This document shows, piece after piece, positions 40,303-51,154 of a DNA stretch of 64,000 nt. Positions within the stretch are counted from its first letter, which is position 1, and each line of letters opens with the position of its first letter. The position numbers and the translations under genes were made by a program. The stretch spans positions 1,664,001 to 1,728,000 of the forward strand of contig OZ243938.1 in assembly GCA_965214095.1 (NCBI GenBank). The letters run 5' to 3'. This stretch comes from Candidatus Poribacteria bacterium (GTDB taxonomy: Bacteria; Poribacteria; WGA-4E; WGA-3G). Under the pieces are notes generated by a model. That model was not told the origin of the DNA. It worked only from the letters and a program-made list of their open reading frames with translations, and did not search any database.

Positions 40303-41961
40303 CTATTGTGTTCTACTGATGACTATGTCTATTCTGCGGTTTTTTTCATGTGCGTCTTCATCAATCAGTTGTGATTCCCCTAATCCGACAGCAGTCATGC
40401 GATTTTCGGGTACTTTTCCTGTATCAATCAGAAAAGTTTTGACAGCATTTGCGCGCTTTTCTGTCAATGCCAAATTTGTTTTCTCTTCACCAAGTGTATC
40501 GCTATGACCTTCTATTCTCACAACATAACTACCAAATTCATCTTGTAGCAATATAGCAGCAAGTTTTATGAGTGTTGGATAGAATTCTTCTTTAAGCCGT
40601 GTGCTGGTTGTTGCAAAAAGGTTTCCGCTAACTCTGACGATAACACCTTCCTCAAGTACTATGATCTCAGCTTTTGGAATTTGCTTTGTAGCTTCAATGA
40701 GAGTTGTCTGGGCAGTCTTCTGCAGTTCAGTTTTTTCAATAGCGCGTTGAAGGTAATCACTGCTTTGTTGTGCGGCATCTATAGTAGCGGAATATTCCTT
40801 TTTTGCGAGTGCTTCTTCCGCAGTTGCAAGAGCTGATTCTGCGAGTTCAAATAGTTGTGGTGCGATCTGTGGGACTTTCGTTTCTCTCTGTTCTTCAATA
40901 GATGCTTTGATTGATGCGACATCATTTTCCGCTCTTTTGATTCTGGCTGTGAGTTCCTGTTGTGCTCGCAGACGATATTCAGCAACTTCAGAAGTCGTAA
41001 TAACTTTATCTGCAGTCTGCTCAGCACTTCCAGCAGCTTGCTTGGCTGTATTATAACGTTTTGCTTGTAATTCTTTTTTCGCTTTGTCTAATTGGGTTTG
41101 TGCTTGTTGGAATTGTTTTGGATCGTGTGTAGGTGCATTTAGTGCTTCTGCTCGCTGTACTTTCAGTTCTGCGCGTGTAATAGCAATACGGGCACCGGTT
41201 TCTGCAGTTGCACGATTCTGCTGATTCTGTGTTGCGAGATCAAAGAGTTTATCGGCTTGTGATTGTGCATCTTTCGCGATTTTTTCCGCTTGATCGAACT
41301 CCTTCCGTTCAAGATGAGATTTTGCTTGTGTAATTAACGCTTGAACACGTTCATGCTCTGCAGTTTCCACAATTTCAGGATAAGTACGTATAGCAAAATT
41401 AACGACGATTTCTGCTCCGGTAATCGGTATGTTGATTACCGCATGACGAATGGCATTGTTTGCATCTGCCAGATCGGATGTGAGTGAACCGGCGCGTTTT
41501 CTCTCTGTTTCAATTTCTTGCATCGCTTGTGCATTTTCCGCTGCTTTCATCTCATTACGTATCTTTACCATTTCTATTTCATAGTCTTTTTGTGTGATAA
41601 CTTCTTGGTACAGTTGTTCTTGTATTGAGATGAGTTTTGTGCGTGCTAACTGTTGTTTTGTTTTGTATAAAGCGATGTTTGCTACAAGTTCAGCTTGATA
41701 TGCGAATTCCATGCTCTGTGCGATGTCTTCGCGATCCTGAGCTTGCTGTGCAAATTTCAAGAGTTTTAGGGCGCGGTTGTAATCTTCGGTTGCTAATTGA
41801 TCAGCCCCCAATTCTCCTGCGTTTGAAATTGCCTTTTGTCCATTTTGAAGTTGTGTATCTAAAATGACAGTATCAATCGGAGGACGCGAAGCACAACTAT
41901 AACTTATCAGACTGATAATAAGAAGAAACCATACATAAAACCGCATTGGACTATCCTTCAT
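40303..41961 (-). CDS. OmpA-family lipoprotein with DUF4398-like helical repeats
   Basis: Lipobox SYSC; C-terminal IEGHSD..G...NLALTEKRA.AV...NRRIDI. Confidence 0.85.
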   Translation of the reverse strand: MKDSPMRFYVWFLLIISLISYSCASRPPIDTVILDTQLQNGQKAISNAGELGADQLATEDYNRALKLLKFAQQAQDREDIAQSMEFAYQAELVANIALYKTKQQLARTKLISIQEQLYQEVITQKDYEIEMVKIRNEMKAAENAQAMQEIETERKRAGSLTSDLADANNAIRHAVINIPITGAEIVVNFAIRTYPEIVETAEHERVQALITQAKSHLERKEFDQAEKIAKDAQSQADKLFDLATQNQQNRATAETGARIAITRAELKVQRAEALNAPTHDPKQFQQAQTQLDKAKKELQAKRYNTAKQAAGSAEQTADKVITTSEVAEYRLRAQQELTARIKRAENDVASIKASIEEQRETKVPQIAPQLFELAESALATAEEALAKKEYSATIDAAQQSSDYLQRAIEKTELQKTAQTTLIEATKQIPKAEIIVLEEGVIVRVSGNLFATTSTRLKEEFYPTLIKLAAILLQDEFGSYVVRIEGHSDTLGEEKTNLALTEKRANAVKTFLIDTGKVPENRMTAVGLGESQLIDEDAHEKNRRIDIVISRTQ

Positions 41962-42359
41962 TATTTCTGTGCATCCCGTTCTGATTTGAGCCTTTCAAGG
42001 TTGTTGAGAACACCTTCTGTTGCCTGCTGTTGGAGTTCTAATCCGGCTTGTGCCTCTAATACTTGTGATTCTTGTCGGACTGCTAAAGCTTTCTCTGTTG
42101 CGATTCGTGCATGGAGAAATGATCGTAGACCGAGACGATATGCGCGTTCTACATTGCCAGATTGCAGGGAGTGTTCTGCGTTGATAAGCATGTCTTCAGC
42201 GGATTTGATTTCTGTAGTGGCATCATCGCGCGCGCCAACTTTCTCTGCAGAGTCAATACTAACACGTGCATTGTTCATCGTTTCAATAGCTAATTGATGG
42301 ATTTGTGTGCCATTACATCCGACTGTGATTAGAAATATGAGTGGGATAATCCATTTCAT
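41961..42359 (-). CDS. DUF4398-like lipoprotein
   Basis: Lipobox TVGC; AEKVGA...EIKSAE helical pattern; coupled to the OmpA gene. Confidence 0.7.
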   Translation of the reverse strand: MKWIIPLIFLITVGCNGTQIHQLAIETMNNARVSIDSAEKVGARDDATTEIKSAEDMLINAEHSLQSGNVERAYRLGLRSFLHARIATEKALAVRQESQVLEAQAGLELQQQATEGVLNNLERLKSERDAQK

Positions 42360-42463
42360 TTTAAGTTCCTCAGTATGATGTTAATCTGGGGTGAACCCCT
42401 TCCAATTGAACGAATAACAATCACTGCATTTATCTGCGGAATTGATTGCATAGTGCAATAAGC

Positions 42464-42494
42464 AAAAAAGCCTCACACGGAGGTGAGGCTTTTT
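42464..42494 (-). terminator. Terminator after rpmA
   Basis: AAAAAAGCCTCAC-loop-GTGAGGCTTTTT. Confidence 0.8.
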
Positions 42495-42503
42495 ACGGTA
42501 CGT

Positions 42504-42770
42504 TTAGAACGCAGGTCGTTCAGTATAAACACTCACCTTACGACGGAATTTGTCTTTTCGTTCAAACCAGACAAATCCATCAATTTTTGAGAAGAGGGTA
42601 TAGTCTCTGCCAACTCCCACATTATTTCCAGCGTGCAGATGTGTTCCCCGTTGTCGGACGAGAATACTGCCGGCGGTGACGTAATTTCCCGAGAATCTTT
42701 TTACACCAAGCCGTTTCCCGATACTGTCACGACCGTTCCGAGTACTTCCTCCACCTTTCTTATGTGCCAT
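42504..42770 (-). CDS. rpmA: 50S ribosomal protein L27
   Basis: [22 protein letters not shown]. Confidence 0.98.
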   Translation of the reverse strand: MAHKKGGGSTRNGRDSIGKRLGVKRFSGNYVTAGSILVRQRGTHLHAGNNVGVGRDYTLFSKIDGFVWFERKDKFRRKVSVYTERPAF

Positions 42771-43122
42771 CGTTTTCGACCTCCTCTCCGTCATTAGCGG
42801 TTGTTTCCTCACCACCAATTGCGGTTATTTTAATTCTTGTATATGATTGTCTGTGTCCCGATTTACGTTTGTAACCTTTTCGGCGTTTGGACTTAAAGAC
42901 GATTATTTTCTTTGCCCGTCCTTGTTCAACGACTTCACCTGTAACCTCGATGTTTTCAAGGTATGGTGTTCCAGTTTGCAATTGACCATCTTCACCGGCA
43001 ATCGCTAAAACGGAGGGAAATGTAACTGTTTCACCGACAGCATTGTCTAACTTTTCCACATCTATGAGGTTTCCTACCTCAACCCGGTGCTGTCTCCCGC
43101 CGCTTGCAAATACTGCATACAT
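42760..43122 (-). CDS. rplU: 50S ribosomal protein L21
   Basis: [14 protein letters not shown]...[17 protein letters not shown]. Confidence 0.98.
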   Translation of the reverse strand: MYAVFASGGRQHRVEVGNLIDVEKLDNAVGETVTFPSVLAIAGEDGQLQTGTPYLENIEVTGEVVEQGRAKKIIVFKSKRRKGYKRKSGHRQSYTRIKITAIGGEETTANDGEEVENDGT

Positions 43123-43262
43123 ATTGTTTTCACTCCTTTTAGGTGTAGAAACTCCGAAGAATATTTGAGAATGTTCTATTTTCTATTTTGTGCTCTGGAC
43201 TGCATTGTGAAGTGAGCGTTGGGCGCACCTATCCGCCCATGTTTTGTAATTCAGTCAAATAC

Positions 43263-43291
43263 ATTATGCCACATTTTTGTGTGAAAGTCAA
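43263..43291 (-). promoter_or_regulatory. Sigma70 promoter of rplU-rpmA
   Basis: TTGACT-17-CATAAT with extended TG. Confidence 0.65.
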
Positions 43292-43319
43292 GTCTTTTTG
43301 TAAGAAGCAAGGATGAACA

Positions 43320-44867
43320 TTAATCCAAAAAGAGTTCTTCACCGTTTGCGGCAAATATGCGATAGTCTTCAAGATGGAGGTCTGCGTCTGATTCAAGTGA
43401 CAAATCAAGTTTCAACGATTTTTTTAGATCACGATATTTTGCGGACATCTGCGTGTTGAGATGTGTGACAATGTGGTCATTCGCGATGATTCTCAGTTTA
43501 GATTGTCGTGTTTTGCGATGTGCTCTTTTTATTGTGCGGAATAGGCTTATAACAACAGTTTCTATTGAAAGTACTGTGCCATGTCCTTCACAATATGGAC
43601 ACTGTTCAGTTAACAGTGTTGAGAGGCTTGGCCGTGTGCGTTGTCGCGTCATCTCAACGAGCCCCAAATCAGAAAAGTGTAAGATATTGGTGCGTGCTCT
43701 ATCCTTTCTTAATGCCTCTTGCAGCATTTTGAAGACCTGTCTCCGGTGTGAAGGTTCGTCCATGTCAATGAAATCAACGACGATAATTCCCCCTAAATCT
43801 CGCAATTGGATTTGTCTTACGACTTCATCAACAGCTTCAAGGTTCGCGCTCAATATAGTATTATCAGGGTCAGACTTTCCGACGAATCGTCCTGTGTTGA
43901 CATCAATGGAAACCATTGCTTCAGTCTGTTGAATAATGATGTGCCCACCACACTGCAGCCATATTTTTTCGCTGAGAGCTTTTTGCAGTTCTTGGTCTAC
44001 GCTGTAAGCAGCAAAGAGTGTAGTGTCTTCATCATAAAGGGTAATCCGCTCTTTCATACTTGGCATTACAGAGGTAACATAATCAATCATTTCCTTATAG
44101 CCGGTTTTTGAATCAATGAGAAGATGTTTGACATCTTTGGTAAATTTATCACGTACAATTCGGTTTATAAAGCTGAGGTCTCTACCTACTAAACTTGGTG
44201 CGGTCTTATGTTTTGAACGTTGTAATGACTGTTTCCAGTGATTGATGAGGTATCGTATTTCAGCTTCATATTCCTCTTCGCTTAAGCCTTCTGATGCTGT
44301 TCGGATAATAAATCCGCCTTCAACATCTTCTTTAAAGGTTTGTGCTAAGTTCCGCAATCGTTCACGTTCACTTTCGGATTCGATTCTTCGTGAAACTCCG
44401 ATAGTAGAAGAGTTTGGTAGATAAACGACATACCTTCCGGGGAGTGTAATATTGGTTGTGACTCGTGCTCCTTTACTCCCGATAGGTTCTTTGCCGACTT
44501 GTACGAGAAGCTCTTGATTTTTCGAGATGAGATCAGTTATAAGATACGGAAATCCTCTTCCCCCGCGTGTTTTGTTTGCTGGCGTTGCCTGCAAATCAAT
44601 AGTAGGTAATCCATCATCAGCATTTCCATCTTCAGCGTTATTGTATTTCAGGTCTGAAATGTGTAGAAAAGCGTGGCGTTCTAATCCGATGTCAACAAAA
44701 GCGACTTGCATACCCGGTAAGACGTTTTCAACACGTCCTTTGTATAGGTTTCCTAAAACAGGTTTTACCGCTTTCCGTTCAATTTGAATTTCGTTTAGTA
44801 CTCCTTTTTCAAGAACAGCACACCGCGTTTCAAACTCATCGTCAGAAATAAGTATCTCCTTTTCCAT
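43320..44867 (-). CDS. rng: Ribonuclease G/E family
   Basis: GNLYKGRVENVLPGMQVAFVDIG, IDVNTG, LRDLGGIIVVDFIDM, CPYCEG. Confidence 0.93.
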   Translation of the reverse strand: MEKEILISDDEFETRCAVLEKGVLNEIQIERKAVKPVLGNLYKGRVENVLPGMQVAFVDIGLERHAFLHISDLKYNNAEDGNADDGLPTIDLQATPANKTRGGRGFPYLITDLISKNQELLVQVGKEPIGSKGARVTTNITLPGRYVVYLPNSSTIGVSRRIESESERERLRNLAQTFKEDVEGGFIIRTASEGLSEEEYEAEIRYLINHWKQSLQRSKHKTAPSLVGRDLSFINRIVRDKFTKDVKHLLIDSKTGYKEMIDYVTSVMPSMKERITLYDEDTTLFAAYSVDQELQKALSEKIWLQCGGHIIIQQTEAMVSIDVNTGRFVGKSDPDNTILSANLEAVDEVVRQIQLRDLGGIIVVDFIDMDEPSHRRQVFKMLQEALRKDRARTNILHFSDLGLVEMTRQRTRPSLSTLLTEQCPYCEGHGTVLSIETVVISLFRTIKRAHRKTRQSKLRIIANDHIVTHLNTQMSAKYRDLKKSLKLDLSLESDADLHLEDYRIFAANGEELFLD

Positions 44868-45253
44868 TATTAGTGTTTCCTCCTATCATGCCTTTCACCT
44901 GAAAGACATCTCGGTTAGTGAATTCTGTCATTTCAAAAAGCGGCAGCTTTATGTATGATAAATTCCGATGTTTCAATTTCTGTGGTATGATGGAAGGAGA
45001 ACGGACAGAACGTTGATGCTCGGATCGTTGCATATTGCAATGAAAAGGGTTAACATTGATTACCATAGTCATTATATTTCCTGATAGATTATAGTGGTTA
45101 ATACCACTAAAAATAGTCATTTTTTCAAGAGGCGTGTTCTCCGATGCCGATCAAGTGTGTTGATAATCGGGGTTCGGAGTTTCGTCCTATATGTCAATAA
45201 TGTCCAAATAAAGTCTATCATATTTCAGTTTGGAAACGGATAGATAATGTATC

Positions 45254-46828
45254 TCATCTGTTTCTGGGAGTTAGGGTTACCACAGGTGTGATCAGTTCTC
45301 CTAATGAAATACCACCATGTTGGAACCCACCCTGAAACTGCCGCTTGTATTTGTAAAAGTCGTTTGGATAGACGAAATAATAATCGTCTTTTGCGAGAAT
45401 ATAATCCTTGCTTGCGGTTTCAGCGGGTAGTTGATAATCCAGTGGATTCGGAATATATACCGCTTGGTTATCATCGCAAGCCAAGTTATTCCCAATTTTA
45501 AATCGGAGGCTTGTGCTTGTGTCTCGATTGCCGTAAGCCCGTGTTGCTCTGTTGCAGAACTCAGAACCGTGGTCGGTTGTGAGGACTACGTGTGCCCCTT
45601 GTTCAGCAATGAGTCGTAAAATATCAAAGAGTGAAGAATGTGCGAACCAAGAACGTGCTAAAGCTCGGAATGCGGGTTCATCTGGTGCAAGTTGTTGCAA
45701 TACTTCCGATTGTGAACGTTGGTGTGTTAGTATATCTATGAAGTTAACAACTAATGCTGATAAACCGACTCTTGTGGCAGCTGCGACACGTTTTTTATAT
45801 TCAGTTCCTCCGCGTAGGTCAAAAATTTTGAAATATTGGACTCCAGGTTTTATCCTGATTCCATTCCTTTTTAAGTATTCTTCCAGCATTTGTCGTTCAA
45901 ACTGGTTTGTGCTTGTACCTCCATCAGATTTCTCTTGCCAAAATTGCGGATAATTTTTCGCCAATTCTGCTGGAAACATTCCGCTAAATAAAGCGTTCCG
46001 TGAATACATTGTTGCACTCGGCAAAATTGAAAAACTATAGTTTAAATTGATAGAGAAATATGGATATAAGAGTGGTTCTATTGCCATCCAATGGTCAAGC
46101 CTGAAGCAGTCAACGACAATAAAATAGGTTGGGACTTTATCTTGTAGTAGTGGCATCACATGCCGGTCTAAAACATCAACAGACAATGGGGGTCTTTCTT
46201 GTCTACCATTTACCCAATCGGGATAATTTGCTTGAACATAATCAGAGAATTCAGCATTACACTCTTTTTTCTGTTCTATATGCGTTTCTTCTAAACCTTG
46301 TTGAGCCAATTGGTCCGATAGGAGATCCCATTCCAATAGTTTCACATAAATGTCAACCCAATCTTGCCAAGTTGGTTGAGATGCCTTCACCGTACTAATC
46401 TTGTTAAAGTCGTTAGTGTATCTTCCAGGTATTTGTGTTTCCACAATATGTTTTTGGTCAAGTACCCTTTTTAACGTAGAAGCTATCTGTGCAACTCCGA
46501 TAGGTTTAACTAAAAAATCCGTCACCTGTTTTCCAAGTGCGACATCAACAAATCTGTCGTCACTTGATTGTGTTACCAGAATGACAGGTACTTGTGTGTT
46601 AATAGTTCTAATAATATCTAATGTTTCCATGCCATCCTTACCGGGCATAACTTGGTCAAGTAGAATAGCATCGTATTGATTATCGGTCTGTTTTAGCAAT
46701 TCAATTCCGTCTTCACCGTTTGTAGCAGGGGTGACCTTGTATCCGCGTTTTTCAAGGGAATGTCTATGCGGCAGCAGTGCCTCTACTTCATCATCTATCC
46801 ATAGGATTTTATGAGTTTTTTGTTGCAT
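45254..46828 (-). CDS. PorX-like response regulator (receiver + PglZ/alkaline-phosphatase domain)
   Basis: ILWIDDE, LLDQVMPGKDG, VDCFRLDHW, ILPSATMYSRNALFSG, TTDHG, FQHGGISLGE. Confidence 0.88.
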   Translation of the reverse strand: MQQKTHKILWIDDEVEALLPHRHSLEKRGYKVTPATNGEDGIELLKQTDNQYDAILLDQVMPGKDGMETLDIIRTINTQVPVILVTQSSDDRFVDVALGKQVTDFLVKPIGVAQIASTLKRVLDQKHIVETQIPGRYTNDFNKISTVKASQPTWQDWVDIYVKLLEWDLLSDQLAQQGLEETHIEQKKECNAEFSDYVQANYPDWVNGRQERPPLSVDVLDRHVMPLLQDKVPTYFIVVDCFRLDHWMAIEPLLYPYFSINLNYSFSILPSATMYSRNALFSGMFPAELAKNYPQFWQEKSDGGTSTNQFERQMLEEYLKRNGIRIKPGVQYFKIFDLRGGTEYKKRVAAATRVGLSALVVNFIDILTHQRSQSEVLQQLAPDEPAFRALARSWFAHSSLFDILRLIAEQGAHVVLTTDHGSEFCNRATRAYGNRDTSTSLRFKIGNNLACDDNQAVYIPNPLDYQLPAETASKDYILAKDDYYFVYPNDFYKYKRQFQGGFQHGGISLGELITPVVTLTPRNR

Positions 46829-46847
46829 CTAATTTCCTCTGCAGTCG

Positions 46848-48332
46848 CTATGAAACGCTTGTTGGCAACCGTATTTCAAAAGTTGTCTTACCTGGTCTAC
46901 TTTCGATTAATCGTATGCTACCGTGATGATATTCCCTAATAATTCTTTGTACAATTGTCAACCCAAGTCCCCATCCGTGCGTTTTTGTCGTCATTCCTGG
47001 TTCAAAAATGGACCTTTGATTTTCGCTTGGGATTCCGCTACCGTTGTCGGAATATCGTATGATAACTTGTTTCTGCCGTTCATCATAGGTCGGCTCAATT
47101 TCAATGTGTCCTGCTTTTTTTTGTATTGCATCAAGTGAGTTACGAATTAAGTTCTCAAAAACCCACTGTAGCAAAAGTGCATTTGCCGAAATTGAAGGTA
47201 CATCATGTAGTTTAATATTTATATCTATATTGCGACTGATCTGTGGTAGTCGTTTCTCAAAATATGCAAGAACATCGGCAAGAACTTCCTGAATGTTTAC
47301 CGTAGTTTTTGTTGGTTCTGTGCCGATCATTCCAAATCGTGTCGTTGTTTTTTGCAGGCGTTCAAGGTCGCTCTGCATGTTTGTAGAAAGTTCAGCAAGA
47401 ACATGATCTCCGGTCTCTTGGCTTCGCTCATCTAACAGTTCTGACCATGCGAGTAATGCAGAGATAGGCGTTCCGAGTTGATGTGCGGTTTCTTTTGCTA
47501 ACCCACCCCATATTGCTGCATGTTCATAAGATTTTATCCGTCGATAGACAAGAATAGAACCAAATGCGAAGAGTGGCAAGACAATAGAGAGTACAATTGG
47601 TGTAATCAATAAACCGTAGAACGATTTAATTTCGTAATAGAAATACCCCTCTTGCCAATCAGGTGTTGTTTGAAGTGCAGCGAATGCGGGTGTATTTTGA
47701 ATAAAGATTTGGGCACGTTCTTTTTCCTCTGGTGTTGCATTCTCTGCAGTGATGACATCTTTCCACATCTGCCATTTTTGAGGTATTTTTTCAGTGTCAG
47801 TTATAGCAAAAGGGAGTTGTGCCATTTCACTTGGTGATGCATCTCCATAGTAGAAATACCCGGTTATCTCTCTATCTTCTTTTAGGAACGGTATCTTTCG
47901 TCGCTGATTCTTGTTTTTCATCCGTTCCAATGTTGTTGTTAGTAATTCCTCCTCATCATGTGTTAACGTAACGATGTCACTTTCGTTGACCTTCTCATCC
48001 AATTGCGTCTCAATACCTTGTACAATTTCCCATTTTCCATCTGCATCAGTGATAATAAATGAAAACCTTCTTGATCTATTTTCGGCGTATAATTCCTGTC
48101 TCACGACAGTGAGAAGTCTTTGTTGTAGGTCTCTGTTTTCAATACTTGGCAATTCAACTACGAGACTAACGAAAATTTCAATTTGTGCTTCAATATCAGC
48201 GTTTAATTGAGAAATTTGACGCGAATAATACGTAAAAACGAGGACCAATATACATACTCCGACACCGAAATATATGATCATTAGTCGTCCAGTTGAATAA
48301 GTAGAAGTAATACTACGTTTCCACCTCGACAT
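46848..48332 (-). CDS. Sensor histidine kinase
   Basis: Two TM segments; AKETAHQLGTP H-box, ENLIRNS, DNGSG, GWGLGL. Confidence 0.93.
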   Translation of the reverse strand: MSRWKRSITSTYSTGRLMIIYFGVGVCILVLVFTYYSRQISQLNADIEAQIEIFVSLVVELPSIENRDLQQRLLTVVRQELYAENRSRRFSFIITDADGKWEIVQGIETQLDEKVNESDIVTLTHDEEELLTTTLERMKNKNQRRKIPFLKEDREITGYFYYGDASPSEMAQLPFAITDTEKIPQKWQMWKDVITAENATPEEKERAQIFIQNTPAFAALQTTPDWQEGYFYYEIKSFYGLLITPIVLSIVLPLFAFGSILVYRRIKSYEHAAIWGGLAKETAHQLGTPISALLAWSELLDERSQETGDHVLAELSTNMQSDLERLQKTTTRFGMIGTEPTKTTVNIQEVLADVLAYFEKRLPQISRNIDINIKLHDVPSISANALLLQWVFENLIRNSLDAIQKKAGHIEIEPTYDERQKQVIIRYSDNGSGIPSENQRSIFEPGMTTKTHGWGLGLTIVQRIIREYHHGSIRLIESRPGKTTFEIRLPTSVS

Positions 48333-48709
48333 AACGTCACCAAGTAAATTTATTACACTTCATACACAACGGCATATTAATATTATATCCTAAATAGAAT
48401 GATATTTCAAGGAAGTTCTGCATTGAGGGTGTGTTGTAGTAATGCATAGAATGTGCTGAAGTCAAGCGGGACAAGGAAGAAGATGTGTTTCTGCATTTCT
48501 TCTTATGTTCTTAGTTTACTATGGACATTCTGTACGCTATTTTGCGTATATTCATTATGTAATAATACTTATAACACAAATAAATGTGTTTGTCAAGTTA
48601 GATTAATATGTGTATAAAAAAGGCGATTATTTGTCCGATTGTTTTGGACAAGCAATCGCCTAATCTTCAATTTGCAATACTAAGAAATCTGTAGGTGTTA
48701 TTCCAAAAC

Positions 48710-51154
48710 TTACTCACCTTTCTTAATGGTAAGTCGGTAGTGTTTTCCGATCTTCTTAGTGTCAAGAATGTCATGCCCATCGTTTGTAAGACTCTTTGGG
48801 ACGTTCTCAAACGGTTCGCCGTCGTCAATTGTGATCTCTAAGAGTTGACCAACATCCATTGTTTCCAGCCGAACTTTCGCTTGGACATAGTTGAATGGAC
48901 ATGCGACACCTTTTAGATCAAGACTATCAGCGATTTCCTGAACAGGTTTTTCTTTTTTGATGACTTTCGGTTTGGCTGCAGGACGAGATTTGCGAGTTTT
49001 GCGTTTACTGGCTTCCTCTTCCTCTTGTTTGATACGCATACGATTATAAACATTATGCGATTCTTCTACGAAGAGGGTAGCTTCTTCCACGCGGCGGTGC
49101 GCCAATTCTTGGTCAAACGTTGAGGCATCTTCTTCTGTTGCCTTGAACAGATGTGCGCCGTATCCTACAAAGAAGTTGCCCGGGTCAAAGAAATGTTTTC
49201 GGAATTCTTCAACCGTTGTTGCATCGTCAATGTATTGCATGCCGACTGTCGTTAGGAGTCCATCAGCAGCTCGTATCATAGCATTAAATGCTGTATTTGC
49301 ACATTCTTGATAAATGCCTTTTTCCAAACTTAGACCAGATTCATAAATAAGTCTATCGGCTTCTTCCAACTTCATAGAAACAAGCGCGACCACCTTTCCA
49401 GCACATTCGCCGACACCTGTTTTGAGTTGGAAATCTTTCGTATCACCAGTGTCTACATAGAATTCAGGTGCTTCTTCGTAACTTGGTATGGTATCGTACT
49501 TAGATAGTATTGTCTTAATTTCCGCTTTACCAAGCCGCGCCACATAATCTGTGAAGGTTTCCGCATCTTGCTTTTCATCGCTATATTTGCCAGTTAATTC
49601 CTCAATGAATTGGGGAATAAATTTGCCGTGGATTTTTCCTGTAGCGAGTCCATAAGAACTTGCGTTTTCCACCATATGTCCACCAAGTAGCACTTGGTAA
49701 TAGGGTGCGGTACGTCCATCTATACGACGAGTAGAACCGAAGAATCCTATATTTGCTATGTGGTGCTGTCCGCATGAATTGGGACATCCACTAATCTTAA
49801 TTCGGAAGTCCTCAATCTCATGCTCCAAACCGTTTTCAATGAAATGGTTTCGTAGATGTGCTGCCAAACCGCGTGAAGAAGAAACACCGAGTTTGCAAGA
49901 GTCAGTACCGGGGCAAGCGACAATATCTACTAATGATTCAGCACCTGGTTCTCCCAGACCGATTTCCTTTAACTCCTTATAAAGAGCAGGCAAGTCTGTC
50001 ATTGTCACCCAACGAAGTACAATGTTCTGTTCCACGGTTGCCCGTATTGTGTCTTTCACATATTTTCGTGAAATGTCTGCCAAAGCCCGTGTTTGGTCAG
50101 CAGTAATATCTCCCAGCGGAAGTGTTATTGTCACAAATGCGTATCCAGGCTGTTTCTGTAAGCGGATATTGGAATCATACCACTCATCAAACCCTTCAGG
50201 TTTTGAAGCACCGTTTAGTTGTGTCGGAGGTTTTAGTGGACTTTCATCGTAAGCATCTAAATTGTCAAGATATGCTGTCCATTCAGGATCGTGTCTGAGT
50301 GTTTCACGGTCTTCATAGACAAGTCTACGGAATTCTTCAATACCGTATTTGGCAATTACAAACTTCAGACGTGCTTTATTCCTATTTCTCCGTTCCCCTA
50401 ACCGTGTGAAAACTCTGCAGATTGACTGTGAAATTGGTAGGAGTTCTTCAGCAGGGAGGAATTCATCAAGAATCTTCGCTTGATGTGGCACCGCTCCGAG
50501 TCCACCACCGACATAAAATTTAAATCCTTTTTTGACTTCACCGTCAACTTCTTTGACAGCAGCCACTGCCCCGATGTCATGCATATTCGCTAAACCACAT
50601 GCGTGTTCTTCGCATCCAGAAAATGCGATTTTGAACTTACGTCCGAAATCTTTTGCATCTTCATGTCCTAATAGGAACGCGGACAACGCTTTGGAATAGG
50701 GTGTTACATCAAATGTTTCATCATGACAAACACCGCTGATGGGGCATGCTGTGACGTTCCTCACGACATTGCCACAAGCTTCTTTCGTAGTAATATCAAC
50801 GCTTGCAAGGCGGCGCATCAACTCTGGTGTGTTTTCAATATCTACATAATGGTATTGCACATCTTGTCGTGTTGTTATGTGGATGATATTGTCCGAAAAT
50901 TCTTCAGCAACATCCGCTAACATTTCAAGCTGCACTGCGGTGAGTCCGCCAAATGGGATTTTGACACGGATCATCTGCGACCTATCATCACGTTGTCCAT
51001 AAACCCCGTGCCGAAGTCTAAATTCTGTCCAAGTAGCCTCTTCAACTTGACCCGCTTTAGACCGATCAAATTGTATTTCATAAATCTCAATTTCGCGGGC
51101 AATATGAGCGGGAATAGCCGATGCATCGTAAGCTCCCGCATATTCAATAGCCAT
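48710..51154 (-). CDS. Siroheme nitrite/sulfite reductase fused to a C-terminal TusA/SirA domain
   Basis: HITTRQ, GNVVRN, RKFKIAFSGC, CPGTDSC, GCPNSC; C-terminus LDLKGVACP. Confidence 0.9.
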   Translation of the reverse strand: MAIEYAGAYDASAIPAHIAREIEIYEIQFDRSKAGQVEEATWTEFRLRHGVYGQRDDRSQMIRVKIPFGGLTAVQLEMLADVAEEFSDNIIHITTRQDVQYHYVDIENTPELMRRLASVDITTKEACGNVVRNVTACPISGVCHDETFDVTPYSKALSAFLLGHEDAKDFGRKFKIAFSGCEEHACGLANMHDIGAVAAVKEVDGEVKKGFKFYVGGGLGAVPHQAKILDEFLPAEELLPISQSICRVFTRLGERRNRNKARLKFVIAKYGIEEFRRLVYEDRETLRHDPEWTAYLDNLDAYDESPLKPPTQLNGASKPEGFDEWYDSNIRLQKQPGYAFVTITLPLGDITADQTRALADISRKYVKDTIRATVEQNIVLRWVTMTDLPALYKELKEIGLGEPGAESLVDIVACPGTDSCKLGVSSSRGLAAHLRNHFIENGLEHEIEDFRIKISGCPNSCGQHHIANIGFFGSTRRIDGRTAPYYQVLLGGHMVENASSYGLATGKIHGKFIPQFIEELTGKYSDEKQDAETFTDYVARLGKAEIKTILSKYDTIPSYEEAPEFYVDTGDTKDFQLKTGVGECAGKVVALVSMKLEEADRLIYESGLSLEKGIYQECANTAFNAMIRAADGLLTTVGMQYIDDATTVEEFRKHFFDPGNFFVGYGAHLFKATEEDASTFDQELAHRRVEEATLFVEESHNVYNRMRIKQEEEEASKRKTRKSRPAAKPKVIKKEKPVQEIADSLDLKGVACPFNYVQAKVRLETMDVGQLLEITIDDGEPFENVPKSLTNDGHDILDTKKIGKHYRLTIKKGE

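Noticed and set aside
42771-42818. N-terminal extension of L27 (Prp-cleaved type)
   Set aside because: It overlaps rplU, the RBS precedes MAHKK, and no prp gene lies between rplU and rpmA.
44842-45120. 92-aa ORF between rng and the PorX-like gene
   Set aside because: No RBS or motif, and it abuts a degenerate MITE/REP-like segment.
45254-46828. BREX defence system (PglZ)
   Set aside because: The PglZ domain is fused to a receiver domain next to a kinase, and no brx or pglX genes are present.
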